A DNA stretch of 64,000 nt from an uncultured delta proteobacterium (GTDB lineage Bacteria; Myxococcota; Myxococcia; Myxococcales; Myxococcaceae): contig CAVQKE010000003.1 in assembly GCA_963713045.1 (NCBI GenBank), forward strand, positions 672,001 through 736,000, in the 5' to 3' direction. The position numbers and the translations under genes are program-made. Shown here piece by piece: positions 60,254 through 64,000 of this stretch (position 1 is its first letter; every line of letters begins with the position of its first letter). The notes under the pieces are model-generated. The model saw only the letters and a list, made by a program, of their open reading frames with translations. It did not search any database and was not told where the DNA came from.

Positions 60254-61176
60254 TCGGCGCTCTCCTCGGCAGCCGCGTCGCGGACCAGCTCCAGGTAGAC
60301 GTCCTCCAGCGAACGGGCCGAAGGCACGGCGCTGCGCACCCGCACCCCGGCGCCCACCAGGGCCGCCACCACGTCGGGTGCTCGGCCCTCTTCCTCCAGC
60401 GTCACCCGAAGCAGCGGGCCATCCGCCGTCCAGGGCGGCCCGAGGGCAGCCAGTGCGGCGCCCGCCGCCTCGCCCTCCCCTTCGACCCGCACCTCAAGGA
60501 CGGTGCCCCGGTGGCGAAGCACGCTGATTGGCCCTTCCGCCAGAAGGCGGGTGCGCACCACCGCCACTCGGCTACAGAGGCGCTCCACTTCGGCCAGGTT
60601 GTGCGAACAGAGGATGATGGTTCGGCCGTCCGCGGCCAATTCGGCAACCGCGTCGCGCACCGTTCGCGCCGCCTCGGGGTCAAGTCCGCTGGTCGGCTCG
60701 TCCAGGAAGAGGACCTCCGGCTCGTGCACCAGGGCGCGCACAATGGCCAGCTTCTGTCGCATGCCTTTGCTGTAGCTGCCGCAGGCCTCGTCCTCCCGGC
60801 CGAGCAGGCCGAAGCGACGCAGGTAGACTCGCGCCCGCTCCCACGCGAGCGTCTCGTCGAGCTCGTTGAGACGGATGAAAAAGCGAAGGTTTTCGCGACC
60901 GGTGAGGCGGTCATAGAGGCCGGGCTGTTCGGTGAGCAGCCCCACCGCACCGCGCAGCGCCTCGCCGTCGCCAAGGCCGTGGTCGCACACCCGTGCCGTG
61001 CCGGTGCTGGGCCGGAGCAGTCCGGCGAGCATGCGAACGGTGGTTGTTTTTCCGGCGCCATTCGGCCCGAGCAACCCAAACACCTCGCCGGACTGGACCG
61101 CGAAGGACAGCCCCTCCACTGCTGTGCGACCGCCAAACTGCTTGCCGAGGCCGTGGACCTCGATGCGTGCCGTCAC
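60250..61176 (-). CDS. ABC transporter ATP-binding protein
   Basis: GPNGAGKTT, YSKGMRQK, FLDEPTSGLD, SHNL. Confidence 0.95.
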   Translation of the reverse strand: MTARIEVHGLGKQFGGRTAVEGLSFAVQSGEVFGLLGPNGAGKTTTVRMLAGLLRPSTGTARVCDHGLGDGEALRGAVGLLTEQPGLYDRLTGRENLRFFIRLNELDETLAWERARVYLRRFGLLGREDEACGSYSKGMRQKLAIVRALVHEPEVLFLDEPTSGLDPEAARTVRDAVAELAADGRTIILCSHNLAEVERLCSRVAVVRTRLLAEGPISVLRHRGTVLEVRVEGEGEAAGAALAALGPPWTADGPLLRVTLEEEGRAPDVVAALVGAGVRVRSAVPSARSLEDVYLELVRDAAAEESAE

Positions 61177-63509
61177 TCGATGGTCACCAACACGAACTTG
61201 ACGTTGAGGTTCCGGTCGATGGGATTCACCGTCTTGTCCGCACCGACCGCCTGGCGCAGCAGCCCAATCCGTGCCTGTTCCACCAAGGCCCACTTCCGGC
61301 CTGGAAGCTGCCCGTAAGCCGTGAGGCGCGGGGCACTGTCCTTGTCCTGGCGCACCGTGTTTCGGCTGTAAAAGGTCTCGCCCTTCCAGTCCATCATGTA
61401 AGCGGCAATCGGCTCAGTCGGACGGCGCTGGTCGTAGTAACGCCAAAACAGGTCGCGCTGGGTCCAGTGGTGCGAGAGGTCCACCCAGCGGCTCCAGCTG
61501 AACCAGAGGGCGAAGCCCAGCGCCAGGGCGCAGAATGTCGTGAAGAGCTCGGCCCGCGCCCGTCGCACCGCCGCCACCACCAGTGCCGCGCCGGCCAGGG
61601 TGAAGGTCCAGCCCATGCACGCCTTAACGTTGAGGGGCTGTCGGAGGAGCACGATGAGCGGGTCATTCGCGCCGAGGCGTACCCCGGCGATGAGGAGCAC
61701 CGCGGCAATGGCCGCGATGAACCAAACCATCCCCATCGCCCCACGCCGCTGCTTGCCCTTGAGCTGCATCGCAGCGGCCAAGGCGAAGGCCGCCGCGGCC
61801 GCCATGAAGATGGCCCACACGAAAAGCGGGGACGCTCCGGCCACTTTCCCCGCCACCAAGGCGGCCAGCCCGGTGGCGGCGAGCACCACCGCGGAAAGAC
61901 GCCCCGACCAACCCTCCGTCCGGTCCTTGGAGCCGTCGACGAAGAAATAGGCTGCGGCCGCCATCAGCACCGCCGCCATCACGTCCGCCGTTTGCAGGAC
62001 GTGGTCGCCGAACCGGATGGCGCGGGTGTCGAGGTCAACCGGGTAGGGCCGCTCATAGTTGTAGACGAAGAGGTCGGTAAAGTTCTTCGGATTGCTGACC
62101 AGGTCCTTCCCCACCAGGATGAAAAAGACCAGCCCCAAAAGCAGGCTCACTCCGTGGGCGGCGATGCCGTCTTCCCAGAGTTCATCGACGAAGAGCGCCA
62201 CCAGGATGGCGAGTCCCGGCAGCACCGGCAGCACATAGTGATGAAACTTGGTGGCCGAGGCGTCCATCAAGAAGAAGGCCAGCACCGTCCAGGCCAGCGC
62301 GATGAAGGCCACCCGAGTGCGGGTGTCCTGCGCGCCAAAGCGGAGGCGAGCAGCGCCGGCCAAGGCGCCGGGGACCAGGGCCACCCAGGGGAAGATGGCG
62401 AAGCCGCCTTGCTCGATGAAGTAGATGAATGTCCCGCCCGGCGTGGTGGTGTGCACGCCCTCGAGCAACCGGTTGATGTGGTCGTGGATGAAGAACCGGT
62501 AGAAGAAAGTCTTGTTTTCCGAATCCACCGCCGGGAAGAGCGACAGCGTGAGGTACCAGGGAAGGGCCACCGCCAGAAACACGGCAATGCCCGAAAAGAG
62601 GTGCATCCTGCCCATCTCGGCGAAAAGCACCGGGGTTGGCGTCGCCGTTCCACTTGCCGTTCGCCCCCTGCGCCACGGCCGTAAAAGCCGCTCGGACAGC
62701 CACCGGCCGTGGGCTTCGAAGCTTTCCCACGTCCAGGGGAACAGAAAGAAGGCGGCGTAAAAGAGGAGAATGACCGCCGGAAGGGCGAAGCCGAGCAGGC
62801 CCTTGGCCAAGGTGGAGAGGCCGAGCAGCACGTAGAAGGCGTACCACCACCCAGCGCGATGGCGCGTCTGAGTGTCGAAGAGGGCGATGAGCGCACAGGC
62901 CATCGCGGCGAGGAGGGCCGCCACGAAGGGCGTGTCGGTCACCGCCTGCCGAGTGATGAGGAAGTAGAGGGGCATGGTGGCCAGCACGAATGCCGCGGTG
63001 AGGCCGACCCGCCGATTCACTGTCCGCGCCAGAGCCCAGGCGAGCAGCGCCAGCGCCGCCGCTGAGGCGAGCGCAAAGGGCAGGCGCATCGCCCACTCCG
63101 TATACAGCGGCAGTTTCCCGGTCCCGCGGTTGACGCCCACCAACAACATTCCCGGCACTTCCATCCACATGGCGAGCGGCGGTTTGCTGAAAAACCAAGG
63201 GCTCTGCGCAACGTCCCCGCTGTCTTGCCGCGGATAGACGTAGTCGGCGTAGGCAATCATCTCCCGGCCGACTTCCCCATAGTGGGTTTCCCAAGGGTCC
63301 CACAGGCCCACCGCTCCGACGTACGGGACGAAGACCAACGCGGCCAACAGCCCCGCGCCGCCGGCGACGCGCCACGGCTCAGGGAGCGCCCTGAGGCGCT
63401 TCACCCAACGGTGATTCCACACGCCTGAACCCAAAAGGGTCTCCAGGACGCCCGAACCTTGAACGTTCGCCTCTGCGGAAGGCTTTCTCACGGGCCGCGC
63501 TTCTAGCAC
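61173..63509 (-). CDS. ArnT/PMT-like GT-C membrane glycosyltransferase; start approximate
   Basis: LWDPWETHYGEVGREM, FSKPPL, RLPFAL, LAKG, PWY, TKFHHY.LP.LP; many TMs. Confidence 0.85.
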   Translation of the reverse strand: MLEARPVRKPSAEANVQGSGVLETLLGSGVWNHRWVKRLRALPEPWRVAGGAGLLAALVFVPYVGAVGLWDPWETHYGEVGREMIAYADYVYPRQDSGDVAQSPWFFSKPPLAMWMEVPGMLLVGVNRGTGKLPLYTEWAMRLPFALASAAALALLAWALARTVNRRVGLTAAFVLATMPLYFLITRQAVTDTPFVAALLAAMACALIALFDTQTRHRAGWWYAFYVLLGLSTLAKGLLGFALPAVILLFYAAFFLFPWTWESFEAHGRWLSERLLRPWRRGRTASGTATPTPVLFAEMGRMHLFSGIAVFLAVALPWYLTLSLFPAVDSENKTFFYRFFIHDHINRLLEGVHTTTPGGTFIYFIEQGGFAIFPWVALVPGALAGAARLRFGAQDTRTRVAFIALAWTVLAFFLMDASATKFHHYVLPVLPGLAILVALFVDELWEDGIAAHGVSLLLGLVFFILVGKDLVSNPKNFTDLFVYNYERPYPVDLDTRAIRFGDHVLQTADVMAAVLMAAAAYFFVDGSKDRTEGWSGRLSAVVLAATGLAALVAGKVAGASPLFVWAIFMAAAAAFALAAAMQLKGKQRRGAMGMVWFIAAIAAVLLIAGVRLGANDPLIVLLRQPLNVKACMGWTFTLAGAALVVAAVRRARAELFTTFCALALGFALWFSWSRWVDLSHHWTQRDLFWRYYDQRRPTEPIAAYMMDWKGETFYSRNTVRQDKDSAPRLTAYGQLPGRKWALVEQARIGLLRQAVGADKTVNPIDRNLNVKFVLVTIE

Positions 63510-63732
63510 GACGCCCTGGCCCCAACGCGCTCTCTCGGCACACACCCGAGTAGCCTCGGGGCCACCACCCGGGGGCGCAGCACCCGGCTTGGATGGCCTC
63601 ACCTCCAGTGGCGCTTCGGGGAGTCGCACACTGCGACACATCGACGGCCGCCCTGGCCCTTTGGGTTGGGGGGGTGACGTCCGCGTCTGGTATACCCCGC
63701 CAAATCGGCGAAGCCCGCCCCCGATTCTCCGG

Positions 63733-64000
63733 ATGAAGCTGGTCATCGAAGACGACGAGGGGAAGCGCGAGGAATTTCCCGTCGACGGGCTGGACGAAGT
63801 CACTCTCGGCCGGGGGCCGGACAACACTGTCCAGCTGCCCGAGCGCAACGTCTCCAGAAGGCACGCACGCCTCTACGCCGAAGGCGGGACCTTCCTGGTG
63901 GAGGACTTGCATTCGGCCAACGGCACCCTGCTGAACGGGACGAAGGTGACCACCCCGCGGGCGCTCCAAGATGGGGACATGCTCCGCATCGGTGACTACG
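63733..64000 (+). CDS. FHA-domain protein (runs off window)
   Basis: Manual translation MKLVIEDDEG..TLGRGPDN...NVSRRHA..EDLHSANGT.LNG...GD.LRIGDY. Confidence 0.9.
   Translation, partial: MKLVIEDDEGKREEFPVDGLDEVTLGRGPDNTVQLPERNVSRRHARLYAEGGTFLVEDLHSANGTLLNGTKVTTPRALQDGDMLRIGDY

Overview
High-GC (roughly 70% by eye) bacterial DNA. Gene content and order point to a myxobacterium (Myxococcales, Cystobacterineae-like). Most of the window is core genome: purB, dut, pnp, rpsO, the rimP-nusA-ylxR-infB-DUF503-rbfA-truB operon, smpB/sspB, panBC, tsaD-rsmA, trmL, amgK-murU-like genes, transsulfuration genes, rRNA methylases, ppa-plsC-epmA, an ABC transporter and an ArnT-like glycosyltransferase. Typical myxobacterial signalling genes are mixed in: a pseudokinase, a PP2C (Pph1-like), PilZ, REC-DUF4388, DnaJ-TPR, FHA and a PmxA-like HD-GYP. 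I saw no tRNA/rRNA, CRISPR array, transposase or phage gene. Seven indels between 9.1 and 15.75 kb break essential genes and are most likely sequencing errors. The best candidate for an undescribed system is an accessory block at about 23.4-28.4 kb. It encodes an ECF sigma factor and a zinc-finger transmembrane anti-sigma, transcribed head-to-head with a membrane-anchored caspase-like CHAT protease (intact His/Cys dyad) around a palindromic bidirectional -10 element, plus a beta-barrel protein. This suggests protease-triggered sigma release. The second candidate is a FecR domain split across two genes (FecR N-half, and LysM plus FecR C-half), coupled to an RxxQ-type HD-GYP that is likely cGAMP-selective. 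Other notable items are a structured rpsO leader, a CTG-start rbfA and several predicted pseudoenzymes. All calls come from motif recognition by eye; no database searches were run.
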